Below are positions 38,950 to 51,763 of a stretch of DNA of 64,000 bases, in pieces. The notes beneath the pieces were generated by a model. The model saw nothing but the letters and a program-made list of their open reading frames with translations. It was not told the DNA's origin and made no database searches. A program made the translations under genes and the position numbers. Numbering within the stretch: position 1 is the first letter of the stretch; each line of letters opens with the position of its first letter. Location of the stretch: assembly GCF_032444005.1 (NCBI RefSeq), contig NC_091289.1:90210001-90274000 (forward strand), in the 5' to 3' direction. Source of the DNA: Ranitomeya imitator. Taxonomy: Eukaryota.

Positions 38950-41900
38950 AATTATCTTTTAGCAACAATTTTTTTATTTTCCCAATGGTAAAAGGAGAAA
39001 CTGAACCACGAAAGTTGTTGTCCAATTTGTCCTGAGTACGCTGATACCTCATATGTGGGGGTAAACCACTGTTTTGGCGCACGGCAGGGCTTGGAAGGGA
39101 AGGAGCGCCATTTGACTTTTTGAATCAAAAATTGGCTCCACTCTTTAGCGGACACCATGTCACGTTTGGAGAGCCCCCGTGTGCCTAAAAATTGGAGCTC
39201 CCCCACAAGTGACCCCATTTTGGAAACTAGACGCCCCAAGGAACTTATCTAGATGCATAGTGAGCACTTTGAACCCCCAGGTGCTTCACAAATTGATCCG
39301 TAAAAATGAAAAAGTACTTTTTTTTCACAAAATTCTTTTAGCCTCAATTTTTTCATTTTCACATGGGCAACAGGATAAAATGGATCCTAAAATGTGTTGG
39401 GCAATTTCTCCTGAGTACACCAATACCTCACATGTGGAGGTAAACCACTGTTTGGGCACATGGTAAGGCTCGGAAGGGAAGGAGCGCCATTTGACGTTTT
39501 GAATGAAAAATTATTTCCATCGTTAGCGGACACCATGTCGCGTTTGGATAGCTCCTGTGTGCCTAAACATTGGCGCTCCCCCACAAGTGACCCCGTTTTG
39601 GAAACTAGACCCCCCAAGGAACTAATTTAGATGCCTAGTGAGCACTTTAAACCCTCAGGTGCTTCACAAATTGATCTGTAAAAATGAAAAAGTACTTTTT
39701 TTTCACAAAAAAATTCTTTTCGCCTCAATTTTTTCATTTTCACATGGGCAGTAGGATAAAATGGATCATAAAATTTGTTGGGCAATTTCTCCCGAGTACG
39801 CCGATACCTCATATGTGGGGGTAAACCACTGTTTGGGCACTCGGCAGGGCTCGGAAGAGAAGGCGCGCCATTTGACTTTTTGAATGGAAAATTAGCTCCA
39901 ATTGTTAGCGGACACCATGTCGCGTTTGGAGAGCCCCTGTGTGCCTAAACATTGGAGCTCCCGCACAAGTGACCCCATTTTGGAAACTAGACCCCCCAAG
40001 GAACTTACCTAGATGCATATTGAGCACTTTAAACCCCCAGGTGCTTCACAGAAGTTTATAACGCAGAGCCATGAAAATAAAAAATAATTTTTCTTTCCTC
40101 AAAAATGATTTTTTAGCCTGGAATTTCCTATTTTGCCAAGGATAATAGGAGAAATTGGACCCCAAATATTGTTGTCCAGTTTGTCCTGAGTACGCTGATA
40201 CCCCATATGTGGGGGTAAACCACTGTTTGGGCGCACGGCAGGGCTCGGAAGGGATGGCACGCCATTTGGCTTTTTAAATGGAAAATTAGCTCCAATCATT
40301 AGCGGACACCATGTCACGTTTGGAGAGCCCCTGTGTGCCTAAACATTGGAGATCCCCCAGAAATGACACCATTTTAGAAACTAGACCCCCAAAGGAACTA
40401 ATCTAGATGTGTGGTGAGGACTTTGAACCCCCAAGTGCTTCACAGGAGTTTATAACGCAGAGCCATGAAAATAAAAAAAAAAATTATTTTCTCAAAAATG
40501 ATCTTTTAGCCTGCAATTTTTTATTTTCCCAAGGGTAACAGGAGAAATTTGACCCCAAAAGTTGTTGTCCAGTTTCTCCTGAGTACGCTGATACCCCATA
40601 TGTGGGGGTAAATCACTGTTTGGGCACATGCCGGGGCTCGGAAGTGAAGTAGTGACGTTTTGAAATGCAGACTTTGATGGAATGCTCTGTGGGCGTCACG
40701 TTGCGTTTGCAGAGCCCCTGATGTGGCTTAACAGTAGAAACCCCCCACAAGTGACCCCATTTTGGAAACTAGACCCCCAAAGGAACTTATCTAGATGTGT
40801 GGTGAGCACTTTGAACCCCCAAGTGCTTCATAGAAGTTTATAATGCAGAGCCGTGAAAATAATAAATACGTTTTCTTTCCTCAAAAATAATTATTTAGCC
40901 CAGAGTTTTTTAATTTTCCCAAGGGTAACAGGAGAAATTTGACCTCAATATTTGTTGTCCAGTTTCTCCTGAGTACGGTGATACCCCATATGTGGGGGTA
41001 AACTACTGTTTGGGCACATGCCGGGGCTTGGAATTGAAGTAGTGACGTTTTGAAATGCAGACTTTGATGGAATGCTCTGCGGGCGTCACGTTGCGTTTGC
41101 AGAGCCCCTGATGTGCCTAAACAGTAGAAACCCCCCACAAGTGACCCCATTTTGGAAACTAGACCCTGAAAGGAACTTATCTAGATGTGTGGTGAGCACT
41201 TTGAACCCCCAAGTGCTTCATAGAAGTTTATAATGCAGAGCCGTGAAAATAATAAATACGTTTTCTTTCCTCAAAAATAATTATTTAGCCCAGAATTTTT
41301 TATTTTCCCAAGGGTTACAGGAGAAATTGGACCCCAAAAGTTGTTGTCCAGTTTCTCCTGAGTACGCTGATACCCCATATGTGGGGGTAAACCACTGTTT
41401 GGGCACACGTCGGGGCTCAGAAGGGAAGTAGTGACTTTTGAAATGCAGACTTTGATGGAATGGTCTGCGGGTGTCACGTTGCGTTTGCAGAGCCCCTGGT
41501 GTGCCTAAACAGTAGAAACCCCCCACAAGTGACCCCATTTTAGAAACTAGACCCCCCAAGGAACTTATCTAGATATGTGGTGAGCACTTTGAACCCCCAA
41601 GTGCTTCACAGACGTTTACAACACAGAGCCGTGAAAATAAAAAATCATTTTTCTTTCCTCAAAAATTATGTTTTAGCAAGCATTTTTTTAGATTCACAAG
41701 GGTAACAGGAGAAATTGGACCCCAGTAATTGTTGCGCAGTTTGTCCTGAGTATGCTGGTACCCCATATGTGGGGGTAAACCACTGTTTGGGCACACGTCA
41801 GGGCTCGGAAGTGAGGGAGCACCATTTGACTTTTTGAATACGAGATTGGCTGGAATCAATGGTGGCGCCATGTTGCGTTTGGAGACCCCTGATGTGCCTA
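38950..41900. repeat. ~385-bp tandem repeat (about 8 copies) inside the piggyBac-like element
   Basis: CCTGAGTACGCTGATACCCCATATGTGGGGGTAAACCACTGTTTGGGC recurs near 39030, 39410, 39790, 40185, 40580, 40970, 41360 and 41745. Confidence 0.9.
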
Positions 41901-41920
41901 AACAGTGGTAACCCCTCAAT

Positions 41921-42041
41921 TCTAACTCCAACACTAACCCCAACACACCCCTAACCCTAATCCCAACTGTAGCCATAATCCTAATCACAACCCTAACCCC
42001 AACACACCCCTAACCACAACACTAATTCCAACCCTAACCCT
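41921..42041. repeat. Degenerate telomere-like (CCCTAA)n tract inside the element
   Basis: CCCTAACCCTAATCCC...ACCCTAACCCTAA; mirrored at 63805-63965. Confidence 0.7.
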
Positions 42042-42043
42042 AA

Positions 42044-42387
42044 GGCTATGTGCCCACGTTGCGGATTCGTGTGAGATATTTCCGCACCATTTTTGAAAAA
42101 TCTGCGGGTAAAAGGCACTGTGTTTTACCTGCGGATTTTCCGCGGATTTCCAGTGTTTTTTGTGCGGATTTCACCTGCGGATTCCTATTGAGGAACAGGT
42201 GTAAAACGCTGCGGAATCCGCACAAAGAATTCACATGCTGCGGAAAATACAACGCAGCGTTCCCGCGCGGTATTTTCCGCATCACGGGCACAGCGGATTT
42301 GGTTTTTCGTATGTTTACATGGTACTGTAAACCTGATGGAACACTGCTGCGAATCCGCAGCCAAATCCGCACCGTGTGCACATAGCC
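42044..42387. mobile_element. PIF/Harbinger-like MITE within the piggyBac-like element
   Basis: TAA|GGCTATGTGCCCAC ... GTGTGCACATAGCC|TAA. A second related MITE starts at 42398. Confidence 0.8.
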
Positions 42388-42724
42388 TAATTCTAAAGGT
42401 ATGTGCACACGCTGCGGAAAGCGCTGCGGATCCGCAGCAGTTTCCCATGAGTGTACAGTTCAATGTAAACCTATGGGAAACAAAAATCGCTGTACACATG
42501 CTGCGGAAAAACTGCACGGAAACGCAGCGGTTTACATTCCGCAGCATGTCACTTCTTTGTGCGGATTCCGCAGCGGTTTTACAACTGCTCCAATAGAAAA
42601 TCGCAATTGTAAAACCGCAGTGAAATGCGCAGAAAAAAACGCGGTAAATCCGCCATAAATCCGCAGCGGTTTAGCACTGCGGATTTATCAAATCCGCAGC
42701 GGAAAAATCCGCAGAGGACCAGAA

Positions 42725-42974
42725 NNNNNNNNNNNNNNNNNNNNNNNNNNNNNNNNNNNNNNNNNNNNNNNNNNNNNNNNNNNNNNNNNNNNNNNNNNNN
42801 NNNNNNNNNNNNNNNNNNNNNNNNNNNNNNNNNNNNNNNNNNNNNNNNNNNNNNNNNNNNNNNNNNNNNNNNNNNNNNNNNNNNNNNNNNNNNNNNNNNN
42901 NNNNNNNNNNNNNNNNNNNNNNNNNNNNNNNNNNNNNNNNNNNNNNNNNNNNNNNNNNNNNNNNNNNNNNNNNN
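42725..42974. other. Assembly gap (250 N)
   Basis: Run of N. Confidence 1.
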
Positions 42975-45099
42975 AAAAAAAAAATTTCTTTATTTTTTTA
43001 TTGTCCCTACCTATGGGGGTGACAAAGGGGGGGGGTCATTTATTATTTTTTTTATTTTGATCACTGAGATAGATTATATCTCAGTGATCAAAATGCACTT
43101 TGGAACGAATCTGCCGGCCGGCAGATTCGGCGGGCGCACTGCACATGCGCCCGCCATTTTGGAAGATGGCGGCGCCCGGGAGAAGACGGACGGGACCACG
43201 GCTGGATCGGTAAGTATGATAGGGTGGGGGGGGACCACGGGGGGGGACCACGGGGGGGGGGATCGGAGCACGGGGGGGGGATCGGAGCACGGGGGGGGGA
43301 ATCGGAGCGCGGGAGGGGTGGAACGGAGCGCGGGGGGCGTGGAACGGAGCACGGGGGGGCTGGAATGGAGCACGGGGGGGTGGAACGGAGCACGGGGGGG
43401 GTGGATCGGAGTGCAGGGGGGGTGATTGGAGCACGGGGGGGTGATTGGAGCACGGGGGGAGCGGACACGAGCACGGGGGGGAGCGGAGCACAGGGCGGAG
43501 GGGAGCCGGAGCAGTGTACCGGCCAGATCGGAGGGGTGGGGTGGGGGCACACTAGTATTTCCAGCCATGGCCGATGATATTGCAGCATCGGCCATGGCTG
43601 GATTGTAATATTTCACCCGTTATAATGGGTGAAATATTACAAATCGCTCTGATTGGCAGTTTCACTTTCAACAGCCAATCAGAGCGATCGTAGCCACGAG
43701 GGGGTGAAGCCACCCCCCCTGGGCTAAACTACCACTCCCCCTGTCCCTGCAGATCGGGTGAAATGGGAGTTAACCCTTTCACCCGATCTGCAGGGACGCG
43801 ATCTTTCCATGACGCCGCATAGGCGTCATGGGTCGGATTGGCACCGACTTTCATGACGCCTACGTGGCGTCAAAGGTCGGGAAGGGGTTAATGCACCCCA
43901 TGATCCTGTTTGCCTTGGCAGCTGCTGCCTGGCACTGGCTGCTCCAGGTAAGTTTATCATTAACTAGGATCCCCAAGTCCTTCTCCCTGTCAGATTTACC
44001 CAGTGGTTTCCCGTTCAGTGTGTAATGGTGATATTGATTCCTTCTTCCCATGTGTATAACCTTACATTTATCATTGTTAAACCTCATCTGCCACCTTTCA
44101 GCCCAAGTTTCCAACTTATCCAGATCCATCTGTATCAGAATACTATCTTCTCTTGTATTAACTGCTTTACATAGTTTTGTATCATCTGCAAATATCGATA
44201 TTTTACTGTGTAAACCTTCTACCAGATCATTAATGAATATGTTGAAGAGAACAGGTCCCAATACCGATCCCTGCGGTACCCCACTGGTCACAGCGACCCA
44301 GTTAGAGACTATACCATTTATAACCACACTCTGCTTTCTATCACTAAGCCAGTTACTAACCCATTTACACACATGTTCCCCCAGACCAAGCATGGATGGA
44401 TGTTAACTTGGAGATACTCTTGTACCATCCTCTCTAGGCGTTGGCTGTGCGTCAGACTTCTTGTCTCCTGTGGCCTTGCAAAGGATGGTCTAAAAAAATC
44501 TTGAAATGATTGGAAAAACTTGCTGTTACCACCAGATACCATGTTACTGTTACGGTTTGAGTGATGACTCGATAGTCCCACGGTTGGCAAGTTAGAATTC
44601 AGAGACTCGCTACGTGTACCACTGGTGTTTTGTGGAAAAGCAGATGTTAGATTCTGTAAAAATCTCTGCTGATAATCCTGCATGCGTGAATCCCTTTCTA
44701 TGGCAGGAATTATTTAGCCAAATTTGCTTTTGTACCAGGGATCTAAGAGTGTGGCAACCCAGTATTCGGCATTAGTTCGGATTCTGACAATCCGAGGGTC
44801 ATGTTGCAGGTAGTGCAGCAAGAAGGCACTCATGTGTCTTGCGCATCCAGGAGGACCAAGTCCTTGTTGTCTTGGTGGTGGCGAGGTGAGAATCATGCTT
44901 CCTTCGTCTGCCCTCTCCCCCCAACCTCGCACAACAGAAATTTGATCAAGGTCTCCCTCATCTGATGAGTCTTCCATGCCCAGCGCCAGTTCGTCCTCCA
45001 CTTCTTCCTCGACTCCTGCACCTTACTCAACAGTTTGGCTGCTACCATGCGCCCTCGGTAATCCCTCTCCCCCAGCCTCCAATGCCAGCCGCCTTGGTG

Positions 45100-46308
45100 C
45101 TACCAACCTTCTTGACTTGGAGATATGATCCCTTCCGCATATGACTCCTCGTTTTCCTCCTCCTCCTCCTCCTCTTGTTCCACCACTTGACTCCGAACAC
45201 TGTGTAAGGTGTGCCTCCTATGCCTCATATCCATGTGACGGTTCATGCATGGAGTACTCAAGCTAGTGATTTTTTGTCCTCTACTGAGATTTTGTTGACA
45301 AATCTTACAGACAACATGATTTGGGTCATCCTTTGTGATGTAAAAAAATGCCCAGGCTATGCAAGGCTTAGAGCCCGTGCGACCTGAATAGCCACCACGA
45401 CTTCTGATCTGAGGCACAGTTGGGGTTGAGGATGCAGTTGTTGACATGCTTCCAGTACTCCGTCTCTGTCCAGGAAGGCGCACCGTTACCTCATTGTCAG
45501 ACTCGTCACTAGCATCCTCCTCCACCTCCTCTGCTGACCTCATGGACTGGCGGACTGGGGGTTGACAGTAAGTGGGGTCTACAACCTCGTCATCATCATC
45601 CTGTGTGTTCTCATACCCGTCATCCTCAGAGTTAACCTCTTCCTTCCCCGACCGAAAAGTCAAGTTTTCGTTCCAATCAGGTATCTCAGTCTCATCATCA
45701 TCTTCCTCATTGTCTCCACCAACAGGAGTTACAGTTTGGGAACGAGGGTCTACATTATGCTCAGAACCTTCTTCCTCTGGGCCTGGATCCGACTCACAAA
45801 GATTCTGGGCATCAGTGCAGATCATTTCCTCGTCTGGATTCACAGAAGCTCTGGAGCAGACCTCTGATTTCCAGGCTATAGTATGCGTAAACAACTCTAC
45901 AGACTCAACCATGTGTGTTACCCCATGCTCAGACGGGCAGCTGGAGACTTGGGAACTGTGAGGAAGCAAGTGCGATTGGGGTGACAACTCTGAGGACTTG
46001 AGTAGTTGCGATGTTGAAGTTGACATGGAGGAGAGCCCACTTGAACGAGCACTTGATATCCGTTCAAGCACCTGCTGTTTTTGTTCCTCATTTGAAATTT
46101 TTGGCGATGCTTGTAGCGATGGTCGTAAGAAAGGGATCATATCCGATTGTCCACGAAAAGAAGTAGACATCTTACTTTGGCTGGAAGATGGTCTTTCTTT
46201 TGCAGATGTTACTGTTGCTTTACCACCTACCCCACGGACACAACCTTTTTTTCCCTTTCCAACACACCTATTCCCCTTTCCACCATCAGCAGGCCTTTTG
46301 CCACTCAT
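45100..46308 (-). pseudogene. hAT transposase N-terminal ORF (acidic region and BED zinc finger)
   Basis: 402-aa ORF with AWAFF...VVCKIC...STPCMNRHMDMRH. It jumps directly to late catalytic-domain sequence, and downstream pieces are frameshifted. Confidence 0.8.
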
Positions 46309-48009
46309 TTTAGTGCTTAACTAATTGGCAACTCTGTATCTGTAGTTGTTGGCACAACATGGATGGATGAAAACTGAGCAGAACTGAGTGGCCAAACTGT
46401 GGTACTAGGCCCGAAACTATTAACTGGATTAGATGCAGTGAAAATTGAGATACACAGGCGGTATAGTTTGTTTCACAGGCGGGCTACTCTGCTGACGTGC
46501 AGACACTGCTCTTAGGCCCAAAACTAATAACAGGATTAGATTCAGTAAAAATAGATATACACAGGCGGTATAGTTTGTTTCACAGGCGGGCTACTCTGCT
46601 GACATGCAGACACTGCTCATAAGCCCTAAACTATTAACTGTGTTAGATGCAGTAAAAATTGAGATACACAGGCGGTGTAGCTAGCTTCACAGTCCGGCTA
46701 CTCAGATGACTATCAGATAATGCTACTAGCCCAAAAGGATTGGCTGAGCTAGATTATACCAAATGCTCTTACAAACACTTGCACAGCACTGGCACAGACC
46801 TGCCTGGCAAACAGTGCTATGAACTGCTGTAATATATCCTGAAAAGGGCTGATATTACAACTAATCCCGACTCCCTAAACCTATCTCCCTGACAATTCGC
46901 TCCAAAAAAACACTTAGTCTGTACAGCGTCCACAGCAGCAGCGGTGCCGTCTAACACTAAGCTGCAGCAGTGAGGAAATGGTGGCGACGGGGCAAATGGC
47001 TGATTCTTATAGGGCAAGGACAAGCCCTTGCTTGTGTGCATCACATGCACATTGCCGTGTGTGTTCGCACTGCTGATAGGCTGAGAGACTGCACCTCCCC
47101 ACTGTAAATGCGGGAAAGAAAAAAATATGGAGATCGGTGTTATTTCAGCACAGATCTATCCCCTGCCCACTATACACTGAAACAGTCTATTAACAATGAT
47201 AAACAGTTTTAATGTGCAAATCAAGCGAGGCTTTTGGTGAACGAACAGTTATCAAACAGAAACTCGAACAGACGAATTTTAAGCAAATTGTTCGGGTTCG
47301 TCGAACGACTCGAACACCGCCCAAAACAGCTCGAATTTGAAATTGGCGAACAGTTCGACTCGAACACCGCTCATCTCTATTGGTGACTGCCAGTGATACT
47401 CACAAGTAGTTGGTGTCACCGAGAATGACCGGCAGTGCACGTTCTGTTAGTTAGTGCTGCTCGCTGTATCATAAGCTGGGATTAGATACGTGGAGTATAA
47501 CATGCTGGGATTAGTCACAGCACGTGATAAGCTACGTGCATCTAGATACAGGGCTCAGTGTAGTGTATCACATTATGCAATTAGATACACAAGTCCGGAG
47601 CGTATCAAGCATGATGAGATTAGATACACTGGTCTGATCTACATATTGAGGCCCTATAGATGACTGGCACTTGGCCGCTTCGGTACACTGATACAAGTTA
47701 TTTTTCAATGTAATATACAGATGTATCTTAAAAGATAATGACAGCAATAGGGACTTTTTATTTTGTACTGTGACCCCCATACAACCCTTCATACAGTAAA
47801 ATGGGCTACATATATTATAATGACCTCCACAGCTTTCCACACGGCATAATGGCCCCCTCTAGCCCTAAACAGTATAATGCAGCCCATAGTCATCCATACA
47901 GTATAATGCACAGCCTATAGTCCTCAATACAATATATTGCACCCAATAGCCATCCATACAGTATAATGCACTGCCTATAGTCCTCCATATAATATATTGC
48001 ACCCCATAG

Positions 48010-48774
48010 TGTTGTGAATTCTGCTCTTGGGCTCCCTCCGGTGGTTATGAGTGGTAGTGCTGCTGTCTTTGGATCTCAACATTCATCAGGTGTGTCCACT
48101 TTTTGCAATTAGGACTGGGCTATTTAGTCTTGCTTGATTCTTTAGTCAGTGCCAGTTGCCCATTGTTTTTGGAGGATTCACATCCCTGCCTGGTCTCTCC
48201 TGTTTTGCTGTTCTTTTCATCAAAGATAAGTTCTGGTTTTGTTTTTGCAGTCCACATGCTGTGGGCCTTATTGTTCAATGCATTTCCATGTTTTGTCTTG
48301 TCCAGCTTTGTCTGTGTAAGGATTTTTTCAGCCAAGCTGGTATCTCTGGAGATGCAGATATACCCTCCATGTCTTTAGTCAGATGTGGAGATTTTGTATT
48401 TTCTGTGGTGGATATTTTCTAGTGTTTTAATACTGACCGCATAGTACTCTGTTCTATCCTTTCTTTTTAGCTAGAATGGCCTCCTTTGCTAAATCCTGAT
48501 TTCAGTCTGCGTATGTCATTTCCCTCTCCTCTCACAGTAAATATTTGTGGGGGGCTGTCTATCCTTTGGGGATTTTCTCTGAGGCAAGATAGTTTTCCCG
48601 TTTCTATCTCTAGGGGTATTTAGTCCTCCGGCTGTGTCGAGGTGTCTAGGGAGTGTTAGGTACATCCCACGGCTACTTCTAATTGCGGTGTTAGGTTCAG
48701 GGTCTGCGGTCAGTACAGGTAACACCTTCTCCAGAGTATGTCTCATGCTGCTCCTAGGCCACCAGATCATAACA
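48010..48774. mobile_element. Solo LTR
   Basis: TGTTGTGA...TCATAACA termini; CCATAG duplicated on both sides; interrupts a ~35-bp minisatellite (47870-48870). Confidence 0.78.
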
Positions 48775-49639
48775 CCATAGCCATCCATTGAGTATAATGT
48801 ACTGCCTATAGTCCTCCATCTAATATATTGCACCCCATAGCCATCCATACAGTATAATGCACACTCAATAGTCCTCCACCACTTTGGGGCGTAACACATA
48901 TGGTGGAATTACATACACAGCTCTGCTATGGCAGTGTATGAATCCTTCAGAGGCGTTACTGTGCTATAGCAGAGCTGTGTCAGTGAACAGGGCACAGCAG
49001 AGTCATAATTATTCTGCTGTGCTCTGAACACTAGGGCCACGGCGATGATCAGCAGCCTGATAATGTACTATGTTTCCCAGGCTGCTGATCACTGCCGTTT
49101 TATGCTCACCTCACCCTGGACCTCCTCTCCTCTGCAGCTCCTGTCATCACACGTACTGAGCAGTGTGGGTGGTGACAGGGCGAAACTGAAGCTTGTAGCA
49201 TACATTGTGGGCTGCAGCAAAATGACCTCTATCTCCTCCCACAGTTGTGACCTGGACAGCCTAGGGGGCTGAGCAGTGATTATCTCCTGGTCATAAAACA
49301 TTAATTACGGTATCTGGAAAAAAGAGCACACAGCCTAACAAGTGACAAATCGATGAAATCTGTCTTAGACTCTGCCTCACCCTGCCCACAGATTACATAT
49401 CCAAAACCTGCTAACAGATTCCCTTTAAGAAGGGTGATAGTGTTGGAACTGTAGTAGGTAAACCTAAGAAAAAGCGCTCATCGGGATCCCGAGTCATATC
49501 CTTGGTTGCAAACTGAAGATTTGGAGAACCACCGACCACCCTGCAGAACAACCCCTTAAGTACAGAACTTATAGGAACATTGAACATTTTTGTAGAAAAA
49601 ATATATCTTGATTACATCATAATAAATGTTGTTTGGCAG

Positions 49640-49786
49640 GAGTTACATGGAGCATTACACAAACTTCAGAGAGAATTGCAGGAGAAGAGTGAGCATCTTA
49701 AGAACCTTGAAGAAGAGAAATGTACTAAGGAGCACAACATCGATAGCCTGAAGCAAACTGTATCCCAGAAAGAACAAATACTGCAA
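49640..49786 (+). CDS. PDE4DIP: PDE4DIP/myomegalin coding exon (ELHGALHKLQRELQEKSEHLKNLEEEKCTKEHNIDSLKQTVSQKEQILQ)
   Basis: gttgtttggcag| acceptor and |gtgagt donor; 147 nt, phase 0-0. Continues WKHNQ|EL as in recalled human ELRKALQQLQEELQNKSQQL...LSHKEQLLQ. Confidence 0.92.
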
Positions 49787-49875
49787 GTGAGTAAATTTAT
49801 GTCTCATGAATATTCAGAACTCGCGTAAAGATGTAAAGTATATTTCCTTAAGTCAATATGCATCGCAGCTATATA

Positions 49876-51463
49876 CAGTACAGACCAAAAGTTTTACACA
49901 CACCTGCTCATTTAAAGATTTTTCTGTATTTTCATGACTATGAAAATTGTACATTCACACTGAAGGCATCAAAACTATGAATTAACACATGTGGAATTAT
50001 ATACTTAACAAAAAAGTGTGAAACAACTGAAAATATGTCTTATATTCTAGGTTCTTCAAAGTAGCCACCTTTTGCTTTGATGACTGCTTTGCACACTCTT
50101 GGCATTCTCTTGATGAGCTTCAAGAGGTAGTCACAGGGAATGGTTTTCACTTCACAGGTGTGCCCTGTCAGGTTTAATAAGTGGGATTTCTTGCCTTATA
50201 AATGGGGTTGGGACCATCACTTGTGTTGTGCAGAAGTCTGGTGGATACACAGCTGAGAGTCCTACTGAATAGACTGTTAGAATTTGTTTTATGGCAAGAA
50301 AAAAAGCAGCTAAGTAAAGAAAAACGAGTGGCCATCATTACTTTAAGAAATTAACGTCAGTCAGTCCGACAAATTGGGAAAACTTTGAAAGTGTCCCCAA
50401 GTGCAGTGGCAAGAACCATCAAGCGCTACAAAGAAACTGGCTCACATGAGGACCGCCCCAGGAAAGGAAGACCAAGAGTCGCCTCTGCTTCTGAGGATAA
50501 GTTTATCCGAGTCATCAGCCTCAGAAATCAACAGCTCAGATTAGAGACAAGGTCAATGCCACACAGAGTTCTAGCAGCAGACACATCTCTACAACAACTG
50601 TTAAGAGGAGACTTTGTGCAGCAGGCCTTCATGGTAAAATAGCTGCTAGGAAACCACTGCTAATGAAAGGCAACAAGCAGAAGAGACTTGTTTGGGCTAA
50701 AGAACACAAGGAATGGACATTAGACCAGTGGAAATCTGTGCTTTGGTCTGATGAGTACAAATTTGAGATCTTTGGTTCCAACCACCATGTCTTTGTGCAA
50801 CGCAGAAAAGGTGAACGGATGGACTCCACATGCCTGGTTCCCACCATGAAGCATGAAGGAGGAGGTGTGGTGGTGCTTTGCTGGTGACACTGTTGGGGAT
50901 TTATTCAAAATTGAATGCATACTGAACCAGCATGGCTACCACAGCATCTTGCAGCGGCATGCTATTCCATCCGGTTTGCATTTAGTTGGACCATCATTTA
51001 TTTTTCAACAGGACAATGACCCCAAACACACCTCCAGGCTGTGTAAGGGCTATTCGACCAAGAAGGAGAGTGATGGGGTGCTACGCCAGATGACCTGGCC
51101 TTCACAGTCACCAGACCTGAACCCAATCGAGATGGTTTGGGGTGAGCTGGACCGCAGAGTGAAGGCAAAAGGGCCAACAAGTGCTAAGAATCTCTGACCA
51201 TTCCCGGTGATTACCTATTGAAGCTCATCAAGAGAATACCAAGAGTGTTCAAAGCAGTCATCAAAGCAAAAGGTGGCTACTTTGATGAACCTAGAATATA
51301 AGACATATTTTCAATTGCTTCACACTTTTTTGTTAAGTATATAATTGCACATGTGTTAATTCATAGTTTTGATGCCTTCAGTGTGAATTTACAATTTTTA
51401 TAGTCATGAAAGTACAGAAAAATCTTTAAATGAGGTGTGTCCAAACTTTTGGTCTGTACCGTG
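49876..51463 (+). mobile_element. Full-length degenerate Tc1 element, same family as 22257-23875 but opposite orientation
   Basis: TA|CAGTACAGACCAAAAG TIR; [33 protein letters not shown]. Confidence 0.92.
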
Positions 51464-51763
51464 TATATATAATATATTAAAAGTAAAAATGTAAAAAAAT
51501 TGTAAATATGTTAAGAAAATCACATAATACAAATATACTGTAACCATAAATAAGTATTTTTATGTAAAAAAAACAAAACAAATCAAAAGTACACACCCAA
51601 CCTATAAAAACTGTCACACTAGTTAACTATTCAATGAACACTGTAAAAAAAAATTAAATAAAAAAAGCACAAAACAAAGCTTTATCATCATACTGCATAA
51701 CAAAAACTGGAATAAAACGCAATCAAAAAGGGAAATGTAAATAAAAATGGTACCTCTGAAAAC

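Larger units (their letters stand above)
38319..43887. mobile_element. Non-autonomous piggyBac-like element (about 5.6 kb)
   Basis: TTAA|CCCCTTCAAGACC ... GGTCGGGAAGGGG|TTAA. The empty-site sequence CTCTTTTAATGCACCCC is seen in the CR1 at about 15515. Confidence 0.88.
37684..44390 (-). mobile_element. 5'-truncated CR1 LINE, split by a TTAA insertion (CR1 parts 37684-38318 and 43888-44390)
   Basis: [27 protein letters not shown] in the 43860-44393 ORF and the C-terminus in 37797-38274. The halves rejoin at TTAA; CATGGA is duplicated at both ends. Confidence 0.92.
35504..47379 (-). mobile_element. hAT transposon (BED-finger type, internally deleted) with nested insertions
   Basis: TIRs TAGTGTTGAGC / GCTCATCTCTA; exact 8-bp TSD TTGGTGAC (35496-35503, 47380-47387). 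Transposase pieces: BED finger, ATLLDP, and the hATC domain at about 37440-37680. Confidence 0.92.

Noticed and set aside
38950-41900. Regularly spaced conserved motifs resembling a CRISPR array
   Set aside because: The intervening sequence is also repeated (whole ~385-bp units), there are no unique spacers or cas genes, and the context is eukaryotic.
45100-46308. Domesticated ZBED-like host gene
   Set aside because: It lies between intact TIRs and a TSD, and the catalytic region is deleted, frameshifted and CR1-interrupted.
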